A stretch of 56,247 bases of DNA, the filler included, from Sphacelaria rigidula (taxonomy: Eukaryota): the NCBI GenBank assembly GCA_964200075.2. It is 4 parts of 4 records of this genome, joined end to end, with 100 filler letters (N's around TTAATTAATTAA, not from the genome) between each part and the next. Parts side by side here need not be neighbours in the genome. Positions count along the whole stretch, not along the records: positions 1 to 13,991 come from CAXNAA020002532.1; 3 more parts are not named here. One strand, written 5' to 3'. Position numbers and translations under genes: made by a program. Below the pieces are notes generated by a model. It searched no databases and was not told the origin of the DNA. It saw only the letters and a list, made by a program, of their open reading frames with translations. This document shows, one piece after another, positions 1-12,787 of this stretch (positions within the stretch are counted from its first letter, which is position 1; the number at the start of each line of letters is the position of its first letter).

Positions 1-1880
1 GGGAAAGCACTGTTTTAAGCTTGAACCTCATCTCGAAGTTAAACCTCAATTCGCACAAATTGTTGTTCTCTGCTGAACCGCCCAATGATCTCACCGTTTC
101 TTCCTGAAAAGGTGGTATCAGCCTCGAGCTTGGTCCAGCTGGTAGCTGCCGACGTATTGTACTGGGCAGCCAGCACAGCTCGGCCACCACCGTAGGTTGC
201 AAAGAAGGTGGCAAAGCTTAAAAGTTCAAGAAAATACAGCAATGGTGGTACCATTGGCAAAACTTCTGCACTCGCTTTCCCCCGTCGGCGCATCGCCTGC
301 TTCCATAACGCAGACAAATCGGGTCGCTCGCTCCCGTGACGTAAAACGCTGCTGAACGTCAGAAGGGCTTCGCGTCAAAAGAAGAAACGTAAACAGCACA
401 GGAACAAGTATGAGCAACACCAGGTCTTGAGAGGAATGGAGAGATACCACCGAAGAAATAATGGTGGTAGCTAGACCAAGACTAGGTAGCTAGACCAAGA
501 CTGGGCGTGCAAGCGCGCAAGATACCATACGTTGTGGGTAGTTTCGTGTTATTTTCTTCTATCGTGCAGTATGTGGGTCATAATTCATTCGGAAAATATC
601 AAGAACTTTCTCTGCGTCTAGAAACATCGGAAATTCAAAAATTCAAAAATTCAAAAATTCAAATTTGCTCATTTTAAATTTAATTCGCCAACGTCATGTT
701 GAGGAATCTCTCCGCACCTGTTCATACACTACCGGAACTTCAAAGGTTCGCGGCACACCCCCATGCCAACAAACAGTACCGTACTGCACCGTATCTGAAT
801 GACGGGGTGCGATGCAGTGGCGAAGCTGGGGATCACCCACGACACCTAGATGGCTAGCGATGTCCATGTCGGCGGCGTTTTGCTTCAAAAGTAATGCGGT
901 TCTCGGGAATTTTTAGCCGATTTAGTTTCCTGTGCACCGCAGTAGCCAGGCCGGCATCGGCTGACTTTACTGACTGACTATACTATTTGAGACTATCATG
1001 GACTCGAAAGTACTTTGACTGTGTCGATTGTTTACAGCGAGTAGCCGTGGTACTGGTTTGTACTGTACTGTCTGTACCGTTGTCGTCCATGCGTCATACT
1101 GACTGTGTTGAGGTGCTCTTGAACACCGCGGCTCACAGAGCCGTCAGGACTCAAGACAACATGCGGTCGGTAAGCATGCGAATGTCTTATATTTTTGTGG
1201 TACGAGTACAGTCTCAAGATTGTCTATTTTTTGTGTCAAGGCTTGGGCTGGCTGCTACAGCCATGGCTGGTTTGGTGTCCCGACACGACTTCGCCTCGTC
1301 AAAAGCAGAACCTCTCTCGGCTGTAATTTAACGAGGATGATGCTCGCACAGTGTCTCAGCGGTCGAGGGATGCGACATGTCCATGTGTATTTGTTTGTAT
1401 ACAACAAATTGGAAGAGGATGAGTTAGCAACAAAACGATTTTTAGTGATGGAAAAGTTTTAGAAAAGCGTCGGTGATTGATGTCTCGCGCTCGACAATAT
1501 CAAATACCACCTGCCCACCTTCCATTCGAGCTGCAATGATCATTACGGTGGACTGTTGCTGTTTCGACTATAATGGGGAGAGGCGGGTGCAGTCGTTGTG
1601 AGAAAATGAATGGAGCCAATGGTTCAACGGGTACTTGGAACAGTTCACAGTAGCATGTGCACGTTGTCGCTCCAGCGAGATCCACTGCACCCATGTAAAA
1701 ATGGTGGTGTATGGACCCGTAGCAGCTGTGGTGAGTCGAACGGAAAGGAAATGGTTCATGTAGTCACGTACATGGAAAGTTCAGCCTCCCGACGAGCGTT
1801 TTCACGTTTTCGCTACAGCATACTCATTTGTCATTGATTCATCCGTAGGCTACATTGGGCGATACTTCACGAGTACTAAT

Positions 1881-3300
1881 TTATCCCGCACGAGCTGTGC
1901 CAATGAGCACCATCCCCGGAATATGACATGGTGTCCGCGCTTCTTCGCCCTCAACTATCGAGCTAAAATCAACACCAACTTGCTCATAAATACCCACCAC
2001 GTCACCTCGTACTTCTCCACTCCCCTCCCAAGCAACATGTAGTAACTTTTCGTTCTCTTTGGCTATCTGCACTAAAGAGCATCTACCCCGACAACAGGCT
2101 GCAAGCAAAATACGTTGTAGACAAGAACCAGCTAACTCGGCGATGTTTATTTGCTATGGTTGTAGCTAAAAAAAATCAAGTGGGTAAAAGCAGAAAAGGA
2201 AAATGTTGTCTTCCATTGATGACGTTGTAAAGACGTTGTAGAGGCCATGGTGATACTCACATGAAGGAGAACAACCATCCTAAACGATTTCAGCCTTCTC
2301 CCGGCCGAAACTCTGCCTCAAAAAATGTTTTTCACCACCAACCCCAAAACCCTGATACGCGCCAGTCATGACCCGAAGCGCCTCAAGCCCCCAACCGGGA
2401 TCGCCGCCAAGATCTTGGCAAACTACAAGTAATGAATGCAACTCAACAATAACAACAACTACAACAAAATCTCCATGCGATGATGACGCGGAAAAATTAT
2501 TTTCATTTTTTGGTCTTGCTCTCGACAAGAAGAACATCGTCGCAGCCGTATGGAGGGGGGGCGGTGGACTACAATATCCCATACAACTCCCCCCCCTCGA
2601 CATCACGTCGACTGCTGCGCTGATCCCTTTCTTGAGGGCTGCGTTTTCCCGCGCATCACACCCCTCACTACTACATACCCATCATAAAACTGCCTTCCGG
2701 ACGACGGGGAACGCCAAGAATCCCCGTCTCCTCATTTGGCGAAAACAGCAAGCTCTCTACAAATCAGTGATCTTTTTTGGACTACAACGCCATGATGCGG
2801 GACGTGTCTCCGATACAATTCCAATCCGACATAAGATAATGACACAAACACTTAGTCCAATCCCAACCCTATTTTTCTTTCGTCTCTTGAAGCCGTCTCC
2901 ACAACTGGCACCAAAAGACTTGATGAATTCATCCCTCTTCCTTTTTTTTCGCCTCGCATAGTACACGCCGATACTCCCGAGACACGAATCCAATCCCGCC
3001 ATCAAAATTACCGACGAGACAAAATCCACTTGATGCTATTCTTTTCCTAGTCTTAGTTTGGACGCGTTAAGGCCGCCCGCCATACATTTTGCCACGTTCC
3101 TTTTCATGAACAGGCTTCGGCCGAGCCGTTTACGGAACGCTCCATGATCCGCAAAAAACGATCCCGGCCGTGTTCCGCGCATTCGCGAAGAGATACAAAA
3201 TCCGAACCGATCACTGATGTATTTCTCCCTCGGATCCAAGACCCCGTTTTTTCTCGTACCGTATATCTTGGCAACTTCACCCCGTGCCTGAGGAGTGAAG
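1881..3300 (-). pseudogene. Decayed spliced gene of unknown identity (clearest exons 2422-2261 and 2153-1881)
   Basis: Exon tag|TTT..CAT|gtgagt (162 nt, phase 0-0) reads FAKILAAIPVGGLRRFGS*LARIRVLGLVVKNIF*GRVSAGRRLKSFRMVVLLH. A 107-nt intron follows, then tag|QINIAELAGSCLQRILL..HVAWEGSGEV..* in matching phase. Stop-interrupted frames continue upstream at about 3300-2550. No family recognised. Confidence 0.4.
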
Positions 3301-3390
3301 CCGATTCCTTTCCCCCTTCACTTCAGCTCGGTAACTATCCCCACTGTCTTCGCTATGCGCCACGGTTGCCACGCCAACGAGATCCCCGGG

Positions 3391-6010
3391 TCAGTTACCT
3401 CCGATGCCTTTCAAACCCTGAAGAACTTCAGCTGCACGCATGTCATCTTCCTCTTTAGGGGGCGATTTGGGGCTGTCGTCGTGGGCAAATACAAGAGGGG
3501 CAACAACATCGATAGCACAACAAATAAGGGCATGGTGAAAGCCGCGTAGTGGTTGCGGTTTATTACAGTACTGCAGGGAAATACACCAGGAAAGTGAAGA
3601 AAAAATCGAACGATCATATATATTCCACGCTCAGCGAGCCATTCTTGGACGCTAAATGAATACGTACTGTAGGGAGCAGCTGCCCTCCAGTTGTTCCCTT
3701 ACCTGGCACTATTCGCCGACGGAGCAACTTCGCCCGCAGAAACAGTGGAAGCAACGGGAGTCTTCTCCGCCCCGGTAAACCTCGCCCGTGCGTTACGCTT
3801 CAGCTTCTTCAAACGGGGGCTCGGTGTTTGCCCATCATCTTTGCCCAGGTCTAGTCGGCGTTTGCTGGGACCTCCGTTGGCCGGACCGCTGGCGGCGCAC
3901 GCGGAGGAGAGACCTGGTGGTGACGATGGAGTGATGGCAGCGATGGTGGCGGCGGGGTTGATGACATTGTGCAGAGCGCTTGTCCCGGTCTCCGCCTCCA
4001 TCATCAACTGCATTCTGGCGATGTTCTCCGTGGTGAAAGTGTTGTAGTCCCAATCGCAATCTGGGCTCGTGCATCCTGTTTGTTTATTGGATGGGTAGCA
4101 AGTGCAAGGGCAGCGGGATACACGCGTGTCAGAGGTGAAAGCGTAGGTCCTCGGGAAAGCCTGGAAACCGTTCGAATTTCAAGTGAGCTCCAGAAACTGG
4201 CATGGACGACAACGTGCCTCAGGTTGTTAATGCAATACGTTGCGAGCTGCTTACCTTCAGCAATAAGCGAGAGCAAAATCTTGGAGAACTTGCGGGACTT
4301 CGTAATGGCCTCATCGCCGATGTCTTTCCTGATGATGGCCACGATGCGGGCGTCAATCTTGCCGTCGAAAAAGTTCGAGTGTCGCCCGGTGTGCGCCTCG
4401 ACCTGCTTGGCGTTCGCCAGGCTATACATGACACCGGCGCCGCGAAGAGCCACGAATTTGAACACGTTCGTTAGGGTCAGGGTGCGCCCTTGCCGAGGCA
4501 GGTTGTACGTAGCGTGATCTTGTTGCGTTGCGCTCGCCACCACTGCCGCTTCGATCAATATCAGCTGCTTCACGTGATTGTCCGTGTAGTTGCGGCCGCC
4601 AACAGACGAACGAGGCACCGGAGTACGGGAGCCTGATCGCCCACCACCGCCACCGCTCTGTAGGACTTGGCGTGGTCGCGGAGCGGCTTTCGGCTTGGCA
4701 TTCGACCCTCCCGCTGATACGCCAGAAGAGCCCATGATCGGGCGGGTGCCACCAAAATTCACCGGTGGCGGCGAGGCCGTATTGAGGGCGCTGGGTTGCG
4801 GGGTGACGGCGCCTGCTGATGTGACCAACTGCGCTCCTCCATTTGTCAGACCACGGGGGGGCTTTGGGATATCGCTCGACCTCATTCCGTGGCCATCTCG
4901 TTCCTCGTCTTCAACGCCGTGGTCCGAGCGCGGCGACAGCCCATCTCCAGCGCCACCAATCCAGCCATTCGGGTAGTGCTGCTCGGCGGAGGAGTGGGCG
5001 GTGCGAGGGCTGAGGCGCCGGATGCCGTTTGGTGGGTCATTGTCTCCGTCTACATCCTCACCGCCGTGCCCCGTGTCCATTTCTCTAAGGGGGGGCAGCT
5101 CAGGCGTTTCGCCGCCGCCGCCTAGTTGAGGGAAACGCCGGCTTCTCAACCGCGCAGGATACCTGGAAGGCGAGTGTTCTCTGCTTCGTGTTTGATCGGC
5201 GCTGTTGCCAGCGCCAACACCACCGCCCACGCGCTGGTCTCTATGTGAAGCCATATCGTGATGGGCGTGACTTGGGGTCTCGAACGCTCCAGGACCGGCT
5301 CGCGATACAGCCAGAGAAGCGACAGCTCCCTCGGCCACACCGTTGACCCGCCGGGAGGCGGCTACGCGACCGACTACCTTTGTCGGCGCTGAGGGTTCAG
5401 CGCTCGATCGTGACGGCTCCCTTGGGGTTACCCGAGGGCAATGTTGGCGAGGCATAGCCACGTCCGAAGGAGCTGGAGTGACCGTGCCGTTGGAGGAGTC
5501 GGCGTTCGAGCTGCGGGCGTGTGACGCCGCCGGTTGGGGTTGAGATTGGGGATGTTGTTGCGCTGGCCGCCCCTTACCCTTTGCCTTGCCATTCGCGTAC
5601 GTAGCGTGACTCGCGGAGCTGGCGGTGGTCCCGCCCCCTCCGCCGCTGGTTGCAGAGGCAGCACAGTTCCCGTTTTGGACTGCAGCGCGTCGACCGCCGA
5701 CGCTGTCCGTAGCGGTGAATTGGGTGTGGTACGCGGCTATGAGGGACTGAAGATGATCGCTGAACACCTCCGCCTTGCACCAGTCCTGCGCGTTCATGGG
5801 GAACGGATGGGAATTTTTCTTGCCGCCGCCCGCCGCCGGTTGGAGCACCTCATCCCAGCTGTGACTAGCGGTGGACTCTCGGGCACTGCCTTCCTCAGTA
5901 GTTCGGCACATGATGTGCGCAAATAACGTCAGCAAATTCGGCGGTATCTGTCCGCCGTGGTTGGTCAACGTAGAGAATAAACCATGACAACAGGAGGTGG
6001 AGCGGTGCAC
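3391..6010 (-). CDS. Large orphan protein (~750+ aa): long disordered N-half, globular/Cys-containing C-terminal part; one 1-nt frameshift at ~4178; terminal exon 3472-3391
   Basis: 668-codon ORF 6010-4004. The -1 frame is open from 4178 to an AG|gtaagg donor at 3703. A phase-compatible acceptor gacag|C at 3472 gives SPKSPPKEEDDMRAAEVLQGLKGIGGN*. True 5' end not resolved. Confidence 0.55.
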
Positions 6011-7313
6011 GCAACAGTTGGAGCCTAGAGCTTCATGTAGCCTACTGCAAAGCAGTTACTGTAAGTCAATCTCTACAAGTTCTTCATACAATCCCAATAT
6101 CGATTCTGGTTATGCGTATAGAGGCCAACACTAAACGCTTCCACAGCTCGGTAGTAGCACTGTACAGTAGAAGCTCGAGTTCAACGATACCCCGACCTAT
6201 CGCATTCTGGGTCTACGGCATTGTTGCTGTTGCGGCACCGTTTGAATGTCGGTGAAACTGTCTGCTCCCTCCCACGCAATGTACACTCTGCGGCATCTGA
6301 CCACGCTTAGGATGCGCAACGAGGCTCGCAACCTCCGCAATGCTACTTTCAGTGCTCGACGCCGCACACTGAGGAGCATGTCGCGGTGCTTAAGAAGCCG
6401 GCCGAGAAACTTTGCCACCGCTCTACACAGAGCTCTGCATGTCTAGCCCGATGATAAAATCTAGGTGCAAGAGGATTTTTCCATTGGCACCACACAGATG
6501 GACTCTGCGCGCGGTCTTGCAACGCGTACGCGCTGCTGCACGCGCACAAGTTGGGTTCCTTCCCGAACTGAATGTGCTGCTGTTGGCTGTGCGATGCAGC
6601 CCCCCTCCCCACTACATTATCAGGAGGAAGGTGGGGCCGCAGTCAGCTACAAGATTACATGCGGGATTCCTGTCGGCCACAGACACGTTGGGCATCAAAG
6701 TGCGAAGGGGGCATGTACAGGAGAGATCACTGTGCCATCTCTTTTCTTCCCAACACTCGAGACGGCAACACAGCGCCATACACGTCCCAGATACCAGACA
6801 CCAAGAGGGGGCTAGCTTACTTGAATACAAATATATCCAACGCAATACCAGACACACAGCAAGACTGTTCCGCACCTGCTGAGCCGCCTTAGACCCCAGA
6901 TGCCGGTCTTTCGGGTACATGCTGAGGTCAAAGCTCTAATTTGCCGGTCTTGTTGCCCCTGGTAAGCACAACCACAGTGAACAGCAGATCTCTTTCCCCA
7001 ACAGCCGCACGCGTCAGCCGCTGCTCAACTATAGCTCCGACAACAGAGCAAGTCGCGGATGTTGCTGCTGCGCGGTGGAGACAAGGAAGAAGGAGCGGGT
7101 TTTGGAGAGTGGGCGGCAAGAAAATCAATGAGTAAAAAACACATTGATGGAGAACTGTACTGTAGTGTTGTGTACAATCAGTGAGCATCATCACCAACTG
7201 AAACGAGTGAGACACCTACTGTTGTACTGTACTCTGCACTCTGCACTGTACTGTACTGTACTACGAAAGTGCCGATTCTGGAATCCTTGGAATCGGGGCT
7301 GTTGGTTTTACAG

Positions 7314-8285
7314 GTTGCGGGGGAGAAGGGGGCTATGATTGATCTGATAAAGCGCGACACACATGGAAAGAGCATGCTCACACGCGGCGCCGACGGTGGT
7401 GTCATGAGCCAAGGAACAATGTGCGGTGATCGGCCGGGCGCTGCCGCAACCCTACCCCACGCAAACAGCCAAGAACCACCACCTATCAGTTGTTGGCTTT
7501 GGGCCTGCCCTAGGGAAAGATGAAGTTTTGGGCTTGGCAAACAGGCTTCAAATCGATCACACACAGAAACAGAGTACGCATAAACAACTGTCCGATCATT
7601 GTGCGTGGACAACCAGCAGCTGCGGTATCTGCACCGTGAGTGGAGTAGAGGCGTGCATCTACTACGCCGTGACCCGTCTAGGCCAGGGACCAGGGTAAGG
7701 GGCGGATGCAGACGATTGCGAACGCACTATAACGCTGTGGGACCAAAGTTCGTCTACGTATCTCCAGGAAAAACCAAGCCTGGAAATAGTGCTGCGCTTT
7801 GCTGCCAACAACGATCAAACGACGAAAATAGAGGACGGAACTCTCTGTACGATTTCTCCGGCCATTCTCGCCGGCTGACCCACCTCAGCAACGCACGACA
7901 GTCGTATCAGTGAAGGCCCCTTGCGGGCTAAGGAGTGCACTTTATCGTTGCTGTCGGCCTTCTCACGCCTGCGTTGCGTGGTTGGTACTTGTATTGTGGT
8001 ACAATGTACGCTCCCCGCTCTGTGTGTCTGAATAAGGGTGTGACCTGCTGCTCCTGCCCGTAGGAGGAGGCGTGTTTTGACTCGGGGTAGCCGACGGCGA
8101 TTCTGTTCCGAGAAGAGGTCAGGATGCAAGGAGTTTACAGGAGCATGAAGACACATCTTCGTTCGTCGAAAATGCGGGTGAGAGTTGGGAGCAAGCCTGT
8201 CGTTCGCGCTGAGTTTGTTCCGTTTTAGTTCGGTACGATGATGAAGAAATGGGCAGTGTTCGTTTCCGGCAACGTACTGGATGAA
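7314..8285 (+). pseudogene. Decayed spliced gene of unknown identity
   Basis: Acceptor ttttacag| at 7314. After one frameshift near 7425, a ~185-codon frame has only 2 stops (..HHLSVVGFGPALGKDEVLGLANRL..CGICTVSGVEACIYY..ITLWDQSS..LEIVLRF..). A short intron (~7985-8037) is followed by phase-compatible GCDLLLLPVGGGVF*LGVADG... Confidence 0.3.
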
Positions 8286-8840
8286 CTGTAGTGTGAAAAA
8301 AAGATGTTTGTTGTAGGAAGTCATGATGTAGTTACTGTAAATATTATACTTGTTGGAGCTTGTTGTACAACGTTTCACAGCAAGGAGCTCCATCGAGCAA
8401 CATGAGCCGTTGACATACGACCATGATTGAAGAAGTACATGGATTCTTGATGAGGTGTTTACACCCCCCCCTTCACCACCCCCCAATTTCATGCTGTTGA
8501 TGGTGTTTCAGTGCCGATAGCATGTACTCCTTCATCGTTACAGCAGCTCTGAGGCTATCATATAAACGTTCACTGACGACGCAAACACCGACTGATCTGT
8601 TCGTCTAGACAGTATAATATGATAGTATAAATATACAGTGTACAGACTGAAAAACAGCCATGTCCCGCTGTCCGATGATGGAGGACAAGGATTTTATATC
8701 TGTTTACTGTAACTGTACGGTTGGTATCGTATTATGGCGACATAGCTCCTATACTGTTGTGCTGGACATCCAACCTACGAGTAATCACGCCCCCTCCCCT
8801 CCAACCCTTCCCCAACCCCGCCTGAAAATGTTATACATAG

Positions 8841-9655
8841 GTGTTCCAGGCTCTAGCATTTCTGTTGGTGGCCGTTAGGCCAGCTCGTGGCTTTGTGTTC
8901 GCCCCTCGATGCCGCCAGCACGTCACCTCGTCGGCCCTCAAAATGGTGAGTACAGCAACAACAGTAGCACACAATATTGGCTGTACTGCAACTTCCGTCG
9001 GCACGATAGTGCCTCTACAGCTACAACATACTGACGGTTTGAAATCACGTTCACTACTGTGCTATGTGTGGTTGTGGGTTTCCAGTCTTGTCTGCTAGGG
9101 GTGCCGATCCAGGAAGCGCGTTCCGGTCGTACTTTTTATCCTTGCTGCCGAATTGCCGTTGATGTGTTTGTTGTCATGTGCATGGTGCTGGCTTTATCCG
9201 GACTGGCGGGCTAACGGGTGGGGTGCGATGCAAATCTGTCGCTCTCCTTGAGACAGCGCTCACATTAACATAGTAATAGTATCAAGTAACGCCGCATAAA
9301 ATACACCGCACACAAACATCACGCTGCCGCGCGGCCGGCAAGTGTGCAAAATAGCGGCAAGCTCCTTACGCACCCGCCATTCACCCTACATCCTCGAAAG
9401 AGCACACGCCTCTCATCCGGCCACTATCGCACGTTCGCGAATGTTGAACCGACTGCCCCATGTTTTCGTAACAGTCGGCGTCAGAGCCCTTCGACAGAGG
9501 AACATTGATCAATAAAAGCTTGGGCGCCCTGCTCGGAGGGGCGGCAGTTGTGGCCGGCGCTGGCGAGGGGTTCGACACTTTCGGAGTAAACACCGCTGCC
9601 TCGGCGGTGGAGATCGGTAGCGAGAGCAGTCCGGTGGCTGTTGTGGGTGCAGGAG
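8841..9655 (+). CDS. Plastid-targeted NAD(P)-binding Rossmann-fold protein, partial (exons 8841-8945, 9475-9655)
   Basis: tag|VFQALAFLLVAVRPARG-FVFAPRCRQHVTSSALKM|gtgagt is a signal peptide with an ASAFAP-like heterokont transit motif. cag|SASEPFDRGTLINKSLGALLGGAAVVAG..AASA-VEIGSESSPVAVVGAGG|gt is a hydrophobic AxA segment followed by the start of a GxGG Rossmann motif. Phases are consistent. Start exon and downstream exons not found. Confidence 0.7.
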
Positions 9656-10358
9656 GTCGGTGTGTTTCGGTCGAGTTAACTTCCTCTGTATTCTCTGTAC
9701 ATGCGATGAGAATGAACCAATTGGCGGTGTGTCGGATGATTTGCGACACACGTGCTTCCTCAAAACAACCTCCCCCCTAAACCCAGGCACACTCAAATCA
9801 CGGTACAGACTGGTATTATCTACAGTAGTCTAAGTATTACTACGTATGCGTTTTATGCGTGTCGCGGATGGCTGCAAAGAAAGTCCGATTTCACCCGGTA
9901 CTCAAACTGTGCTATACTTGCAGCACGTCGCTTCAAAGAAACTCCGATTCCATGCGACGGTCAAAGCCTTTTTCATGACGTTTCATGTTTTTGCCGTCAC
10001 AGGAACATGAGAGATATCTTTAACATAAGGTGCCCAGTCTATTTTATCGATACAGGGTAACTGTTGAAAATACCGGGAACCTCGAGTTTGAGATACATCG
10101 ATGAAGATATATGATCAGCCGTCATACTCGTACTTAACCTACAGCTGGTCAAGAATTCAGCCTTCATTGAAACTGTAGGTGAACGCATGTATTTAGGTAA
10201 TCGACCGCCAATCGCTACTAGAGCGGACATCCGGCGTGGAATGTTGGCCCTTCGTCAGGTGCTTCCTCTTCGACTACAGCATGCACATTCAACACTGTCG
10301 TCCATGTGGACACCACACGCCTCCCAGTGATGGAAGTGCAAATCAGTTGTATTACGTC

Positions 10359-10478
10359 TTAACCCCTTGACCGCGGCTGTGCGCCCATCTCATGAATCGG
10401 CATCGTATGCACTTGAAAAACTGAAAACTACTTGTCAGGCGGAGGTGTTCATCTGGGAGAAGGCGCTCAGAGGGTCAA
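10359..10478. mobile_element. ~110-bp piggyBac-like MITE (TTAA-CCC terminus), family copy 1
   Basis: TTAACCCCTTGACCGCG..GCGCTCAGAGGGTCAA; internal GAATCGGCATC..CACTTGAAAAA resembles the copies at 48480 and 55402. Confidence 0.4.
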
Positions 10479-12787
10479 CATTCCTGCTCACCATTACAAC
10501 CCCAAAATTATGCAATCGAAATCCCTACCTGGTGTAAGTTGCCGAGTTGACTTTTTCTTCATCGTATTGATGAGTAAGTTTAACACCGACTGCGCTCTGT
10601 TCCTTGATTTATTTTTTACCTCGTACCATTTGTTCCCCCACACGAATTAGTGAATCACTGCCATCCCTCGATTGCGTTTCCTGCGCCCCGTGAAAGCCCT
10701 CCTGCCCCAACGTTCGCTAAGGATGCTTTTGAGACAGCCCCCAAATCTTTATAAATACCCGCACATACTTCATGTTTTACGATTCCGCTGACGCCCCAAA
10801 TTGGCGAATTATGGCTGGTTGCACGTGACGTCGCCTCCTGTGCAACCCGAGTGCGAAGCGTTAAGCGCACTACGGAGGATGAAAATTTTGTTGCCTTGCT
10901 TTTCACTTCAACGCAACTGCCGCCTGACTAGGCGTTCATATTTTCCACTTGCAACCTGACGTGTAGGCCACTTAAGGCAGCGCCGCATCAGTTCTGGATA
11001 GAGTGGAACCATATTCTGCTCTGTGCAACCTCTTGTACGTCCCCGCTCCATGACACGTCGGCGTCATTCTCCAGTATCGACTCAGCTCTGACCACCAATG
11101 GTGTTACGCCGGCTATTTTTTGTACACTTTTTGAACGCCTCCGTATTTTCGTAGATGATGACATATACGCGGATTTTCGAGGTCAGTGCTGCTGCGCACG
11201 TGACTCCCATGTCTTGAGAGCAAACGATCATGCACCACGCAGCGCGTGTAACCGATTGTAAAGGCGATTAAAATGCACTGCACATCTGAGAAGCGGAGTA
11301 TCATCGGCACTTCAGATCAAAATGAGGCGGCGCGACGAGGAAAGCCCGAGTTCGTCGCTGTTTTGGTGTTCAACACTCCCCTCGCGTGAACCACCTCAGT
11401 GGTGTTGACGAGAGACTGTCGCATTCGTGATATAGCGTTTCTTACGTCACTAACCGAAGGAATATCTAATCTTGGGATCATCAACGTGCTATTACCAAAG
11501 ATATGGCTTTTTCTTCTTTTTTTTCTTCTGTCGACTCACCATTTTTTTTTAAGTTCGATAACGTGTCGGGAAAAAAGAGTCAAAAGCTCATGTACTTCTT
11601 ATAGTAAGAACGGTGCGTAGGCAGTCACGTCCGGAAAACCGCTGTGCTGACATCACATGCATAATCTCCTGTGCTTCGTCTCTTTGAATAGAGAAAACAT
11701 GACCGTGATGTATAGACCATGAAAAGCATGTGCAGAAAGTTTCAACGGAATATATCCATGCCGCAGACGAAGCAACGCGGTACGATTTCGACAACCTACA
11801 ACCTTGCAAACACCGGAAGGACGGAGCATATGCTTGATTCAGGTATAGTACGCAGCCCGCATCCAACACTTACTGTACAGTGCTATGCTGGCTTTCGAAA
11901 GACGAACAAGCGGCTGGTCAACAGATTGCAAGCTCGAAAAGAGAACACGTATGATGTCATATTTGTCTCAAGTGCAACCGTTCAGAGAGCTTGTATTCGC
12001 CAGCGAAACCCGTTTGCGGCGAAACCGTCGTGATTGTGTTGCGTTTGGTGAGCGTGTCAACCGGACCTTGTATGCTCAAACACCCGGTACAGATTTCATT
12101 ATACCTCTACTGATGAAAACACCTAATGAGACAACTCAGCTTGTGCTGTATGGCGAAGACATAAAACACGCATCAGTGCAAAAAGTTTCGACGTGATATA
12201 CCGTGATCGGAAATGACAAGGCGAGGGTAAAGACGAACCCACAGGCAGAAAAAAATCGCACCAATTTGTAAGGATGAGGGCACAATCGTGGCCTTGAGCG
12301 ACAGCTGTTAACATGCCCTAATTGTCTTGTGAGGAATAGCAGGGACGGTATTGGAAAGACGAGCCTACGTCTGTGACCACCGGTTCGAGAGATCGGACTA
12401 ATGTGCGGAAATAACAATAACAATAACAATAGTAGCGAACGAAACCTCGGAAATAGTCAGCACGGGCAATCAAAGAGTTATTGAAGTTGGACACACGACA
12501 TTTCCACAAAACGTTTTCGAGGCGGTTGAGGGAATTCCACCGAGCGAGTGAAATCGAGCGGAAGGGAAAAAATCAGACAGTGGCGATCGGAGGCGACCTC
12601 AGGCTTTTCTTCATCAACACGTGTCCAGAGTTTCCGTGCCTAAACTCTTGGAAATGGCCTGAGAAGGGCTGCCAACTAACGTTCTGGTACCTTCCGTGAA
12701 CCCGTATATCCGCACAATCGTACAACAACGCAGCAGGTAATCTCAAAACCCATCTCCCTAGTTTTTATGCACGCCCTTGGCACCCAC

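Noticed and set aside
466-665. 19-bp direct repeat (GTAGCTAGACCAAGACT x2) and (AAAATTCA)x4 as a CRISPR or regulatory array
   Set aside because: Simple tandem duplications without spacers, in a eukaryotic context.
4170-4185. Programmed -1 ribosomal frameshift
   Set aside because: T GAA ATT is not a slippery heptamer and no convincing downstream structure is seen.
10145-10258. Exon-like cag|LVKNSAF..MLALRQ|gt as the next exon of the Rossmann gene
   Set aside because: Phase 0 does not fit the phase-1 donor at 9655 and there is no xTG continuation of the motif.
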